Source: an uncultured Gemmatimonadaceae bacterium
Lineage (GTDB): Bacteria; Gemmatimonadota; Gemmatimonadetes; Gemmatimonadales; Gemmatimonadaceae
DNA: 64,000 nt
Direction: 5' to 3'
NCBI GenBank assembly: GCA_963817955.1
Contig: CAWFQK010000004.1
Coordinates: forward strand, 1,248,001 to 1,312,000
A program made the translations under genes and the position numbers. Under the pieces are notes generated by a model. It ran no database searches and was not told where the DNA came from. It saw nothing but the letters and a program-made list of their open reading frames with translations. This document shows, piece after piece, positions 20,176 through 30,900 of the stretch (position 1 is its first letter; every line of letters begins with the position of its first letter).

Positions 20176-20493
20176 ATGGCCGGACTTGAGGATCTGCTGA
20201 CGAGCCTCACCGGTTTCGACTGGGATGATGGCAATTCCACGAAAAACTGGGAGCGCCACCAAGTCACCCAGGCCGAGACGGAAGAGGCCTTCTTCAACCG
20301 GCCGGTACTCGTCGCGTCGGCAAAGCCCAGAGATCGTGAAAGCCGGTACAACGTTCTGGGCCGAACCAACGGTGACCGCCTACTGTCAGTGGTCTTCACC
20401 GTACGCCGCGGGTTGGCTCGGCCCATCTCGGCCCGTCCGATGAGTCGCAAGGAGCGCAGTGCATATGCCGAAATCTCGCCCGAAGTCCCCTAA
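20176..20493 (+). CDS. brnT: BrnT family toxin
   Basis: GFDWDDGNSTKNWERHQVTQAETEEAF, LSVVFTVR, ISARPMSRKER. Confidence 0.88.
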   Translation: MAGLEDLLTSLTGFDWDDGNSTKNWERHQVTQAETEEAFFNRPVLVASAKPRDRESRYNVLGRTNGDRLLSVVFTVRRGLARPISARPMSRKERSAYAEISPEVP

Positions 20494-20782
20494 GGCCATC
20501 CCGTCGTTTCCGTCAGAGGATGCGGAGCGCGAGTTCTGGGCCACGGCCGACTCAACCGATTACTTCGATTGGTCGAAGGCCCGTCGCGCCGTGTTCCCGA
20601 ATCTCAAGCCATCCACGGCGACGATCTCGCTTCGACTGCCGCAGGGCATGCTTAATGAGTTGAAGGTCCTGGCGAATCAGCGCGACGTGCCGTATCAGTC
20701 GCTTCTGAAGGTGTTTCTCTCCGAGCGCATTGCGGCCGAACGTCGGCGCCCCCGGCCGAAGCGCCGGCGCGCGAGTGCCTGA
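20465..20782 (+). CDS. BrnA/CopG-like antitoxin
   Basis: IPSFPSEDAEREFWATADSTDYFDWS, TISLRLP, RDVPYQSLLKVFL. Confidence 0.88.
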   Translation: MPKSRPKSPKAIPSFPSEDAEREFWATADSTDYFDWSKARRAVFPNLKPSTATISLRLPQGMLNELKVLANQRDVPYQSLLKVFLSERIAAERRRPRPKRRRASA

Positions 20783-20894
20783 CGCGACTACAGGAAGATG
20801 AAAGTCATCCCGGTTGAGCACAGCTTTGCCGCAACTGCTCAGGAGCGCGCACGGATCAAGAACCGAATCCACGGACATCTCACGGCGGAGCATC

Positions 20895-21200
20895 TCAGCG
20901 CCGCAGTATGATCAGCGGATCGATCCGAGTTGCGCGAAAGGCCGGTCTTGCGCAGGCAACCACGACGACGGCGACCAGTACGGCTTCGGCGCTCAGCAGC
21001 GACATCAATCCCGCGTCTTGCAAACCCAACGACGGGCGATCTCATCGCGCGAACCACCAACAGGGAGAGAAGGAAACCGAGCGTCGATCCCGCAATCAGC
21101 ATGACGATCCCCTCGCGAAGGATCGGTCGGGCGACCTCCGTCCCGCTGGCACCAAGTGCTCGACGGAGAGCAAGCTCGTGTCCTCGTTCGAGTAGCCAGA
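20895..21200 (-). pseudogene. Second FtsX/ADOP permease C-terminal remnant, frameshifted
   Basis: Manual translation: ERGHELALRRALGASGTEVARPILREG..., then in another frame PAFRATRIDPLIILRR-stop. Confidence 0.65.
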
Positions 21201-21238
21201 GCGCCCGCAGAGAGCGCCACGAACAACGCTCCCAGAAC

Positions 21239-21790
21239 CTACAAGTTCACGACATATCCAACATTACGAATTGTCTGGAGCGCGCTCCCAAGGCCAATCG
21301 CTACGAATCGCTTACGAAGCGAACATATGTAGACCGTGAGCGCGTTCTCTCGCGCCTTGAGGTCGAGGTTGTCGCCAGCCCAGACGCGACCAATGAGCTC
21401 GGCACGCGAGACCGGACCTCCATCTGAATCGAGTAGCGCGGCTAATAGCCGCAGCTCAGTTCGCGAGAGCGACACTCGGCACTCGCGGTGAGCGATCGTC
21501 GATTTGGACCAATCAATGACAATCCGCCCGCCCGCAAGCTGATGCTCACTCGCCGACACGGCTGCGATTGACAATCGCACCGGAGCGGACACGTGTCCGT
21601 CGCTCGACGTCAATACAAACTCTCGCTCGCCCCCTTGGAGCGCGTCGACCAATCGACCGCTTGCAGCTGGAGACATCTCGAGCCGAACGTCCAATATGCA
21701 AGCGGTGTTTGCCCATGACCATCGACTGCGACGCAATGACCGGGGCTTGGATGTCGCCGAGGCACGCCGGCTGGTAGACAGTTCGAGCAT
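21239..21790 (-). CDS. OmpR-type winged-helix (Trans_reg_C) protein without a receiver domain
   Basis: LSRTELRLLAALL, VSRAELIGRVW, NALTVYICSLRKR, LQTIRNVGY; GGAGGG RBS. Confidence 0.8.
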   Translation of the reverse strand: MLELSTSRRASATSKPRSLRRSRWSWANTACILDVRLEMSPAASGRLVDALQGGEREFVLTSSDGHVSAPVRLSIAAVSASEHQLAGGRIVIDWSKSTIAHRECRVSLSRTELRLLAALLDSDGGPVSRAELIGRVWAGDNLDLKARENALTVYICSLRKRFVAIGLGSALQTIRNVGYVVNL

Positions 21791-21879
21791 TCGACCCTCC
21801 GGTCCATAGCGGTTGCGAAGATATCAACCGGATGGGCCGAACGTCGTTACTCACAGTGCAATCGTTCCCGGCTCGAGCA

Positions 21880-22752
21880 TCACGCCGACAATCGCCTCTG
21901 GAATGCAGCCATTACGGGCGCGATACCGCCACCAGTTCGAACCTGGCTCGCGCGCATACCCGTATGTCGCTTCATGGTATTTCGAAGCGTACTGTCCGAA
22001 GGGTAGGACAGCTCGAGTGCTATCGTTTCGATCGTGCAGCCCGTGTTTTCCAAATGGTATGCAACGAGCGCCAGTCGACACCAGACGAGAAGCTCGCCTG
22101 GCGGCAGGAACTTCGCCTTTTCGCACCAATTGAAGACAGTCTTCCGGTCTACACCTAACGCATCTGCGATTGCTCGAATACTGGTAACTTCGCCCGGATG
22201 AGTCAGAATGACTTCGACCATGGGGTGAAGCGACGGCGGGACGAGAGACCTCAGGCTGCTCATCACTTGCTCGGCCGCGCAACCACGCCGGGCGGCAGCG
22301 ATCACGTCGCGCAGCATGCTTCCGCCTTCGTGCATGCCGCCAAATAGAAATTGATGAACGCCCGCCGCGGCGAACGCCCTCAGGTCCGCTACATGCTGGA
22401 CCTCCGGCGGACACCAGACAACGAGCGCCGTGCGCGGACGTTCGAGGGCAATCTGACGCACGAGACGTTCGCTGCTCTTATGGTCGCCATCGACTGCCGG
22501 CAAGATCACGACATCGACCGTATCGACGCTGGCGCGAAGCAGCAGGCTGAGATCGTCGAGCGACGGTGTGAACGTGACCGTTGCATGATTCCGAAGCGCG
22601 TCGATCAGTCGCGCCCGGTGTTGCGCGCTATTGATGCACGCGATCACGCTGCCAAGCGAACTCCTGGTCTTGGGTACGCTCAGTAACGTGTCTTCACCCT
22701 GCATAACCGACCGCTGATTCGGTCGATGCACGAGCGGATATGCCCGTGACAC
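21880..22752 (-). CDS. AraC-like HTH regulator with a degenerate receiver-like N-terminus
   Basis: IADALGVDRKTVFNWC and TIETIALELSYPSDSTLRNTMKRHTG. Confidence 0.75.
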   Translation of the reverse strand: MSRAYPLVHRPNQRSVMQGEDTLLSVPKTRSSLGSVIACINSAQHRARLIDALRNHATVTFTPSLDDLSLLLRASVDTVDVVILPAVDGDHKSSERLVRQIALERPRTALVVWCPPEVQHVADLRAFAAAGVHQFLFGGMHEGGSMLRDVIAAARRGCAAEQVMSSLRSLVPPSLHPMVEVILTHPGEVTSIRAIADALGVDRKTVFNWCEKAKFLPPGELLVWCRLALVAYHLENTGCTIETIALELSYPSDSTLRNTMKRHTGMRASQVRTGGGIAPVMAAFQRRLSA

Positions 22753-23994
22753 TTACGCCGGCACCAACACGTTTTCAAGCCTGACTCGCTCAGGCAAGCG
22801 TGTCGCCGGCATCGCGCGAACTGAGCGCACCACGCGCGTGGCCTGTGCGCCGAGTTTCGGCGGCGCACGCCACGTCCGTAGCGGCTGATGGACGTCGAGC
22901 GCCTCGGCCCTGAAGGTCAACTCGTGAAATCCGTGCTTCTCGGCGATTCGCGTCGCGGTCGCTCTGAAGCGCTCCGCAGAAACGAATCGGCCAGCGAGCG
23001 AGGCCGCTTCCGCGCATTCGAGCAGCGCAGACGCATGCGCGTGCCGCGGTACCGCCAGACGACGGAGTTGTCGGACTTGAGTGAACAGCCAATCGAGTGC
23101 CTGTCCGTCGTCCGTGCGAGCGGCGATCAGCGCCGCGCCTCCCAGCGCCGGCAAGACGATACGCGCCGGGAGGGTCTGAGCCAACACCGTGTTGAACAGC
23201 AACCGTGCGGCGTCGAGGTGACCAACCTCCAGGAGCAACTGACCGAGCGATTGGAGACTTCCCGCTTCGTCAACTTGATCTCCAGCCGCGCACTCGAAGA
23301 GTGCCCACGCCTGAATCAGGGCATCGTCGTACCGTCGATGCTGCGCAGCCTCGACCATCAGTCCGAGGCGAGCCTGCTGTTCCACACGACGCAAGTGAGC
23401 CGTTTGGGCGAGACGGGCGGTTCGGCGGACGAACATCAGCATGCGAGGATAATTTCCACGAGCTTGCGCGATAGTTCCCAGCCCGAGTGCCGCACGCGCC
23501 TTGAGCTCATCGCTGCGTAGGCGTTGGCCGAGTCGAGCAACTTGCCGATATTGGTCGTCGGCAACGTCGATGTTTCCGGCTTTCAAGGCAATGCGCGCGC
23601 GCAAGGCCAACAATCGGCCGCGTTCTATATCGGTCAACGTCGCGGCCATGGAAAGCGCATTCACTACAACTGCCTCTGCCACATTGAGCGCGCCTACGTC
23701 CTGCATGGTCATCGCAAGCAGGACCATTGCGCCCACTGGAGTGACGCCGCCGCCATCCCATTCGCGTGCGGCCATCCGGTGCATCGCAGCCTCTCCCACG
23801 ATGGACAGTGCCGTCCGTCGTGCCTCTGCCATGAGCGGTTCCGGGTCAGCGGTATTGGATATGGCCGCCTGCTCAACGAGCCCCGCGGCGACCAGCCATG
23901 CACTGTCGCTGCCTCCAAACGGTCCGCCATTGGCGGCCACGTCCTTCCGGTAGGCCGAGCTTACTGCGATCACGCTGGAGCGCCTCTGTTTCAT
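22753..23994 (-). CDS. TPR-like alpha-solenoid protein
   Basis: Repeated A/L-rich helices (ARAALGLGTIAQARGNY, SLGQLLLEVGHLDAA); abuts the AraC gene. Confidence 0.7.
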   Translation of the reverse strand: MKQRRSSVIAVSSAYRKDVAANGGPFGGSDSAWLVAAGLVEQAAISNTADPEPLMAEARRTALSIVGEAAMHRMAAREWDGGGVTPVGAMVLLAMTMQDVGALNVAEAVVVNALSMAATLTDIERGRLLALRARIALKAGNIDVADDQYRQVARLGQRLRSDELKARAALGLGTIAQARGNYPRMLMFVRRTARLAQTAHLRRVEQQARLGLMVEAAQHRRYDDALIQAWALFECAAGDQVDEAGSLQSLGQLLLEVGHLDAARLLFNTVLAQTLPARIVLPALGGAALIAARTDDGQALDWLFTQVRQLRRLAVPRHAHASALLECAEAASLAGRFVSAERFRATATRIAEKHGFHELTFRAEALDVHQPLRTWRAPPKLGAQATRVVRSVRAMPATRLPERVRLENVLVPA

Positions 23995-24549
23995 CGGTCA
24001 GGGTGTTGCTGCGGGACGATCGTGATGACTGCGGTATCCGATTTATGGCCGACGCGGGCCACCAGCACCAATGTCCCTTGGTGCTCGCCTTGAATGAGTG
24101 TTCCGCGTTGCTGATCCCACTCTACAATTCGAGCCGCGCGGCTCCCGTCCAGAGCGATTCCAACAGGTTTGAGAGACTGAAGCACGTCGAGGCCTTCACC
24201 AAGTGCTTGCGCGACAAGCCGTAGCGTGTCGCCTACGGAGAGGTTCGCGGACTTCGGTATCCATCTGACGGCGCTCACGGGGGGAATGACCGAAATGGCG
24301 CGCGTTGTGGCATCGGAGCCAGCAACCGTTGCACGAACGACTCCGATTCCTGGCTTCACGCCACGAACAAGACCCGTCGAGTTCACCTCGACGAATCCCG
24401 AGCAATAACGGCCGAACCGGCGTGCTCGCTCGGCTCGACGAACATGCCGCGGAAAGCACGCATGTCAGGATGGCCCCAGCAGTGAAGCCAACTCTGGGAT
24501 TCAGGCCGCGCAGTGCGACACGGAGATCGGCAAGCATGCGGAACGGCAC
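23991..24549 (-). pseudogene. Ig-like (Big_2-type) lipoprotein split across two frames
   Basis: Signal/lipobox LSAAC in one frame; VNSTGLVRGVKPG..VRATV and LSVGDTLRLVA (Big_2-like) in another, junction ~24390-24420. Confidence 0.5.
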
Positions 24550-24754
24550 CGGGGAGTGTCAATATAGATGTCGCATGAGGCGTCAGGCGACGCATGCGGG
24601 TACGGCGACCTTGCCGTGCTTGTCCGTTGTCGTCGCGCTGAATATTGCGGCAGTCGTGCTCGTACGACTACGTGCTAACGCTGAAATGCTCAAAAGATGT
24701 GGGTTTTGGCGAATTGGACATATTGGCCCTTGCGCTGACCCCCCGTTTTCGGAA

Positions 24755-24949
24755 CTAAGCGCGCTTCGCGCGGTGCGCCATCGTTGCGGTAAATCCTTGT
24801 ACTCCACTGTCATCGGGCACCTGGCGCAAGAATACCAGATAGTCGGATTCACTGCTCAGGCCGCGCGGCATGGGCAAACGTTCGCCGGAGCGAATTCCGA
24901 TCCGGGCATACTCTCGTTCGATTTCGGCCTTCTGCTGTTCCGTCAACAT
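24755..24949 (-). CDS. Small hypothetical protein
   Basis: GAGGAG RBS, 64 aa. Confidence 0.5.
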   Translation of the reverse strand: MLTEQQKAEIEREYARIGIRSGERLPMPRGLSSESDYLVFLRQVPDDSGVQGFTATMAHRAKRA

Positions 24950-25154
24950 TGGGCTCCTCGCAGGTCTGCTGAAGTGTCCCTACCCTCTCCCTCGCCCGCC
25001 AACGAACGCTCGAGCTGACGAGCAGGCTATTGAGATGTTCACCAACGCCATGGACCGTGTGAAATGGCGCCGGGCGTTCCTAACTCCAGGTGATATCGAG
25101 GCGCGAAAGTCACTTCTAGGACTCGAACCATAGACATATTTGAAACGGGCTTTC

Positions 25155-25706
25155 TCACGCCTTTTCCGCGAGCAGTTCTTCGAATGCATAGGTGCGGACG
25201 CCGGTTGTCTCAGGGAGTCTGTCTGAGTACGGGTGAAGAACCCCACGACTTGCCGTCGGCACGAGTACCGGTTCGTGCTGCGTTATGTCGAACAAGATTC
25301 GAGGCCAGTTCGGGACTGCCAACGGCCCTTGATATCCCACCCGACCTTCAAAGGTCACGCGCCCGAACTTGTCTTTGCGTTCCTTGATGGTGAATTGATC
25401 TGCACTGAAGCGAATGCCGCTCAAGTTGCTTGTGGACTCCGCAAGCTCACGAAGCGTCGAGGCGATGCTCGCCGCGTCGTACGGCGCTGCCGGCAAGAGT
25501 GAATAGTCCAAGTCTTCAGAGAACCGGTATGTCTCAAAGAAGCACTTCTTGACGCAGGTCCCGCCCTTCAGAATCCAATAGTCCCGAACCACGGCGTGTT
25601 GCGACGCCGCGGCGAGCAGCCAACCCAGGACGTAGTCTTTCTCGACGACTTCTGGACGGAGGTTCCATTCGCCCGCCCGCTCGAGGAGCTCCTGTTTTCC
25701 GATCAC
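25155..25706 (-). pseudogene. AbiEii-type nucleotidyltransferase toxin, C-terminally truncated
   Basis: VEKDYVLGWLL, LKGGTCVKKC, RFSEDLDY; stops at EELLAEKA before the usual R.RD.YD motif. Confidence 0.8.
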
Positions 25707-25719
25707 ATCCGCGTCCGGC

Positions 25720-26559
25720 TCATGCGTGCTCTCGTCGAACTACTTCGGCGTTTATCCAAAGGCCCCAGGCAGTATTCATATGCCCTCGCGAGCGCACACC
25801 AGGATCCAACTTCACAATACCTGTCGTCCGGTGTTCAAGGGCGATATCTCGAATGAACAGCAACGTCTCGCGTGCCTGCTCATCGTCCTCGCCGTTGATC
25901 AATTGTTCAGCGAGAAAACCAAGGCGTTTCGCCCCTGCCCCTCGTCCGTGGTTGTTCAACGATTGAGCAAGGGATTCGAGGTCGCGCGTGGGACGCTCAG
26001 CGTACCGAGCGACAACTTCCGCAAGGTGGCGAACGCCGCCAATCCATGCCGGTGAGTTCGCACCGTCGACCAAAGTGCGTTCAGGGCTCGAGCACGCCAC
26101 TTGACCTGTTCTCCGCCAAACCGCTGCATCTCCGACGGCACGGCTTGGTGAGACACGGGCAAGCCGGAAGGCAAGGCCACCAACTGTCGCGTGGGTTGAG
26201 CGAACACTCGCTGCGGTGGCGACGAACGTCTCGCGAAATAGCTGCTCAGTAAGTCCCCAATGCTCGGCCGCGCTCCAACCGCCGATGTAGCAGGGTGCGA
26301 AGACCGCCGCGGCGAGCATCCACGGATCTTCAAAGGGCGCAGTTGCACTAGAAGATGCCTCCAGTGCAGCGATCTGGTAGGTACCGCGACGCACACGACG
26401 GAGCCAGCCACTCCGAGCAAGCGCGGCGAGTCGCCTCGATGCCGTACGGCTGTCTTTGCGCCACGCCAGAGCCGCAACATCAGCAGTGACGATCCCTGAG
26501 GCTGAACCTCTGGCCAGCTCAGCAAGTTCGTCTTTGGCGCTTCGTGCCATACTATACAT
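25720..26559 (-). CDS. AbiEi-type (type IV TA) antitoxin/transcriptional regulator
   Basis: wHTH LARSGWLRRVRRGTY; YIGGWSAAEHWGLTEQ; SPERTLVD; KRLGFL. Confidence 0.88.
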   Translation of the reverse strand: MYSMARSAKDELAELARGSASGIVTADVAALAWRKDSRTASRRLAALARSGWLRRVRRGTYQIAALEASSSATAPFEDPWMLAAAVFAPCYIGGWSAAEHWGLTEQLFRETFVATAASVRSTHATVGGLAFRLARVSPSRAVGDAAVWRRTGQVACSSPERTLVDGANSPAWIGGVRHLAEVVARYAERPTRDLESLAQSLNNHGRGAGAKRLGFLAEQLINGEDDEQARETLLFIRDIALEHRTTGIVKLDPGVRSRGHMNTAWGLWINAEVVRREHA

Positions 26560-26644
26560 TGTGTGTACTTAAGACAGCAGCACTGGCCTATCGACACATA
26601 TAATATAGTCAACCTGGACTCGATATCCACTGCTGCACACCCTT

Positions 26645-26740
26645 GTGGACCGCGTGCTCGAACGCGGACGGCTGCTGACGCTCGACGGACCCTCCACGCG
26701 GACCCGCCATCTTGGCCTTGACGATCCGACCGCCTCCGGT
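26645..26740 (+). mobile_element. IS21-family istB C-terminal remnant
   Basis: VDRVLERGRLLTLDGPSTRTRHL resembles the IstB C-terminal (L)DR....L.G.S.R motif; no upstream ATPase body. Confidence 0.55.
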
Positions 26741-26975
26741 GTCATCTCAGGTGCTTCACACGGCCTCATCGCCCTGCGGGCAATGCTCGGGATCGGCACG
26801 CTCAAACAGACCTGGGCGACCTCCGCGGAGGCGGTCTGTGGCGTTCTGCGACCCTTGGGCCGATGCTGCCGCGGCCTGCTTCACTGCAGCGCCTTCCAGT
26901 GTCACTATGCGCCGTTCCGACTGCCATCCGCGATCTTCGCTGCCGCGTGACCGATTGCTGGCGATTCACTCGTAG

Positions 26976-27674
26976 TTCAACAGTCTGCTAGACGTCATCG
27001 GAATCGCGATCAAACCGATCGAACCCTACCTTCATGGGAAGCGCCTCGTCTACACGCATCCCATTGAGCCGTTCATGCTGCTGCTTCAGGCAGCGGGCGT
27101 ACTCGCAGCGGTCATCGCCGGACCGATCGTGGCGTACCAGATCTGGGCGTTTCTGGTGCCGGCACTCACGAGGAGAGAGAGGAAAGCGCTCATCCCAGTG
27201 CTCATTGGCGCAGCGATGCAGTTCCTGGCCGGCATCGCGTTGTCCGTGTTCATGTTCGTACCGGTAACGATGAACCTCATCGACAAGCTTCCGCACGGGT
27301 CGCTCGAGCCGATGCTCACGGTGTCCGAGTACTTCGGCTTCCTGTTCCAGGTGTCGCTCGCGTTCGGCGTGATGTTTGAATTGCCGATTGTTATCCTGGC
27401 GCTGACCGCGATCGGGCTGATCACGCCGCAGATCCTGACGAAATACCGGCGACATGCGGCCGTCGCGACCCTGGTCGTTTCCGAGATCGTGACGCCAGGC
27501 GACATCCTCATTTCAACGCTCATGCTCTGGATTCCGGTGTACGCGCTATATGAGCTGAGCATCATCGTGTCGGGTTTTGTCTATCGCGCGAAGTTGAAAG
27601 GTGAGCAGGAGATCGCGCGCGGGGCCGAAGCGGGGGTGACGCGCCGCTGGCGACCGGTCTCGCGGACTGATTAG
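26976..27674 (+). pseudogene. tatC: TatC homologue lacking its N-terminus
   Basis: YTHPIEPF, YQIWAFLVPALTRRERK, FGVMFELP, VTPGD, ALYELSI; frame opens after TAG at 26973-26975 with no HL.ELR N-terminal segment. Confidence 0.75.
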
Positions 27675-27968
27675 CTGAGATCGTGGACCGATGCAGGACC
27701 CCCAGGACTGGCATATGTCCGCTAATGATCTCGTTCGGCCGGGGCCCGATCCCCTCACGTCCGCGGCGCTCGATCACGAGGCTGACTGCGGCACGCTCGG
27801 GTAGCTCTGACAAGACGGTACTAGCCGATCTGGCCGGCACTCCGCATCATTGTCAGCCTGCGCCTGCATGACGCCGACATGACGCTCGAAGACGAGCTTC
27901 CGCCGCGCAGTCAGCCCAAGGATAGGGAGTGGATGGGGAGTGGCGCAGCCGAACGGGGGGGGCAGCCC

Positions 27969-30900
27969 ATGATTGTCATTCACACGCTCGGCGCGGCGCT
28001 CATTGATCTGGGCGACACGCGCCTCACGCCGACATCGTCGCGGAAATTTGCTCTACTTTTGCACTTGGCGGCGAGGAGCGGCCACCGCGTGTCACGCGCG
28101 GTGTTGCGAGATCTGATCTTTGGAGACCAAGACGACACGCACGCGCTGCATTCGCTCCGCGAGGCCGTCTATCAACTGCGCTACATGGGCGCGCCGATCG
28201 AGTCGATTGGTGACATGCTCGAGCTGCCGGCGACTGCCGTGCAGAACGACGTGGACGAATTCGTCAACGCCGAGCAGTTGAGCGCAACGCAGATCGCAGC
28301 CGCGCACGGTGGCTTCCTTCCGGCCTACGCGCCCAGCCTGTCCGAAGCATTCACCGAATGGCTCGAAGGCTATCGTGCCGAATCGACCTTCGCGGTGTGC
28401 AAGGCCCTGAATCGGGCCGCCGAGGGTGCGCGCAGCGTATGCGATTGGCTCATGACCGAGCACGCCGCACGGGCATGCCTGGCACTCAGCCCGTGGAACG
28501 CTGCGGCGACGCGATGCTTGGCACAGGCGCTGGCGGCCGGTGGGGCAAGGGTGGAGGCCATGCAATTGTTGGACAAATACATGGCGGAAATGGGGCCCGG
28601 ATCGGCGGACCTGAAGGTGTCGGCGGAGCTGTTGAGGTGGCGGATTGGGGAGCGGTTGTCGAATACGTATCAGCCGGATCACCTCCGTTTTGTCGGCCGC
28701 GAAGAGGAAATCCGCGTACTCAAGAATCGTCTGGTGCTCGCACGGTCTGGAATTCCCCAATGCATCGTTCTGACCGGAGAGTCGGGAATTGGTACGACAC
28801 GCATCGCGAGCGAGATATCAGCGATAGCAGTCTTCGGCGGCTGGGTAGTCCAGCGATTCATCTCGCAATCGCAAGATGTCCAGCGGCCGATGAGCGCGTT
28901 TACCGATCTTGCTCCAAAGCTCGTCGACCTTCCGGGCGCTGGCGGATCCGACCCCGAATCGATCGCTTCAATCGCTCGACTAAGCAATCGCATTGGCGCA
29001 ACGTTTGATATCGCAGCCGCAACCGAGATGTCCGACGTGCGAAACGCCGCGTTCGTTCACACGATTTGCGACGTCATCGGTGCTCTGACAATTGAGGCGC
29101 CACTCATGCTCGTTCTTGAGGACGCGCACTGGCTCGATGCGGCATCATGGGGCCTCGTCGCTCGCTTGGCTTCGTCGAGTAGTAGTGGGCGGTTAGCCAT
29201 CTTGCTGACGAGTCGACAGGATGCACCAGTCCCAGTAAGCATGATGAGTCACGCACACTTGCTTCAACTGGTAATCGGCCCGCTGAGCCCAGCGGCGACG
29301 GGCACGATTATTGACGCGCACCTACCAAAACGATTTTGCGCCGACCCTGCGGCCGTGGCGTGGGTCCACCGCATCGGCGCTGGCAACCCGTTACATCTTC
29401 AATATCTAATAGATCACATCAAGACAACGGGTGAGCATTCCAGCATTCCGCTTCCACTTGCGGCATTAATCGATCAACGACTGACGGGTCTTTCGCCCAT
29501 CGCAACTGAAGTGCTCCTGTTGATTTCATTGCTGGGAAAGCACGCGACTTACGATCGCCTCACCCAAGCCTTGCAGGTCCCGTGGGCTGAAGCGCTCTCC
29601 GCTGTGCGCGAGCTGGAGTCTGCACATATGATTGCGGAAGACGACGGACGTATTGAACCGATCCACACGCTAATTGCTGAGGGACTGGAGCGACGTAATC
29701 CACCTATTACTGCGAAGCTCGCGCGCCAGCGCGTTGCGATCATACTTCTTGCCGAGTCGGAGGGCAGCCAGAACGCAGCATTGCTGTGGGCTGCCGCGGA
29801 CCTTTGCGTTGCGTCCAGCATGACATCCGAAGCCATCAAAGCGTTACGGGCATGCGCTGGCCACTCCCTCACTCTTGGACGGGCGCGCGAAGCTGCGCAA
29901 TCTCTCTTGCGTGCGGCAGGACTACTACCGCAAGCAGAGCGCAAATCGCTCGTGTCTGAGGCTGTACGAATTGCTGCCGGATCAGAATTGGATCTGACGA
30001 TTCAAGCCATACAACTCCTGGGCCGCCGGCCGGAAGCTGAGCACCACGACGATTTCGAATTAGCGAGTCTACAGGCTGAGCTCTCTGAATCGAAACAGGG
30101 CGACGACTCTTACTTGCGTTTGCTAGACTGCATTGCTTCGACATCCGCGCGCATCGACCACCGTCTCGGCGCGGCATTGTCGCTGTTAATGTACTGCGAT
30201 CATTCCCACGACATGGCGCTCGCTCATAAGGTGTTTGCCGTTGTCCAAATGATCGCAGATTCTGGAACCGAACACGATCGATTGTTAGTACTAAAGTCGC
30301 AGCTGGTGTTCCACACATGCGTCGGAGACAGCTCCACCGCAGCTACGATCGCAAGGTCGCTCTTGGTTGCGGCGGCCGATGCTCGTCCGGACGTGGCGGC
30401 GGATCTGCAGCGCAAAGCCGCGATTGGATTCTGGCGCTCGGGGCACACTTCTGAAGCGCTCGCCGCTTTCAGGGATTCTTATGCGACTGCTCGCGAGTGC
30501 GGTCTGCTGCGCCTTCAATTCCATCTAGCACTGATGTTGGCAAGTGAGTACTCAGATATCGCGAATCCAGACGAGTCCCAGCTTTGGATCGACAGAGCCC
30601 AGGAAGTTGCCTCGGACCTTCCCAATCTTATGTCGTCGTTCTTCTATTTCAGCGTCCGCGGCGATCTTGCTCTCGCAAGCGGCGATACGGATGAGCTACG
30701 GCGACTGAATGCTGTATCCACGGCGTTCGGCACGCAGAACGAACGAGCGAGGCGAAGAACCGCCGCATTGTCGTTGCTCGTGAGACATTTGGATTCGCAT
30801 GCGCCTTCGACCGAGGACGTCGTTGAAGCGATGACTTCTCATCATCGCCCGGCTAGCGAACTAGGCGACAGTAGCGATTTTGAAGTGGCAGTACTCGCTG

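Noticed and set aside
24668..24721. 17-aa ORF MSNSPKPTSFEHFSVST (minus strand) with upstream GGGGGTCAGCGCAA resembling the micropeptide leader
   Set aside because: Weak SD spacing and no peptide similarity; likely chance.
24870..25133. Plus-strand ORF ending KWRRAFLTPGDIEARKSLLGLEP
   Set aside because: Possibly a gene remnant, but no recognisable family or credible start.
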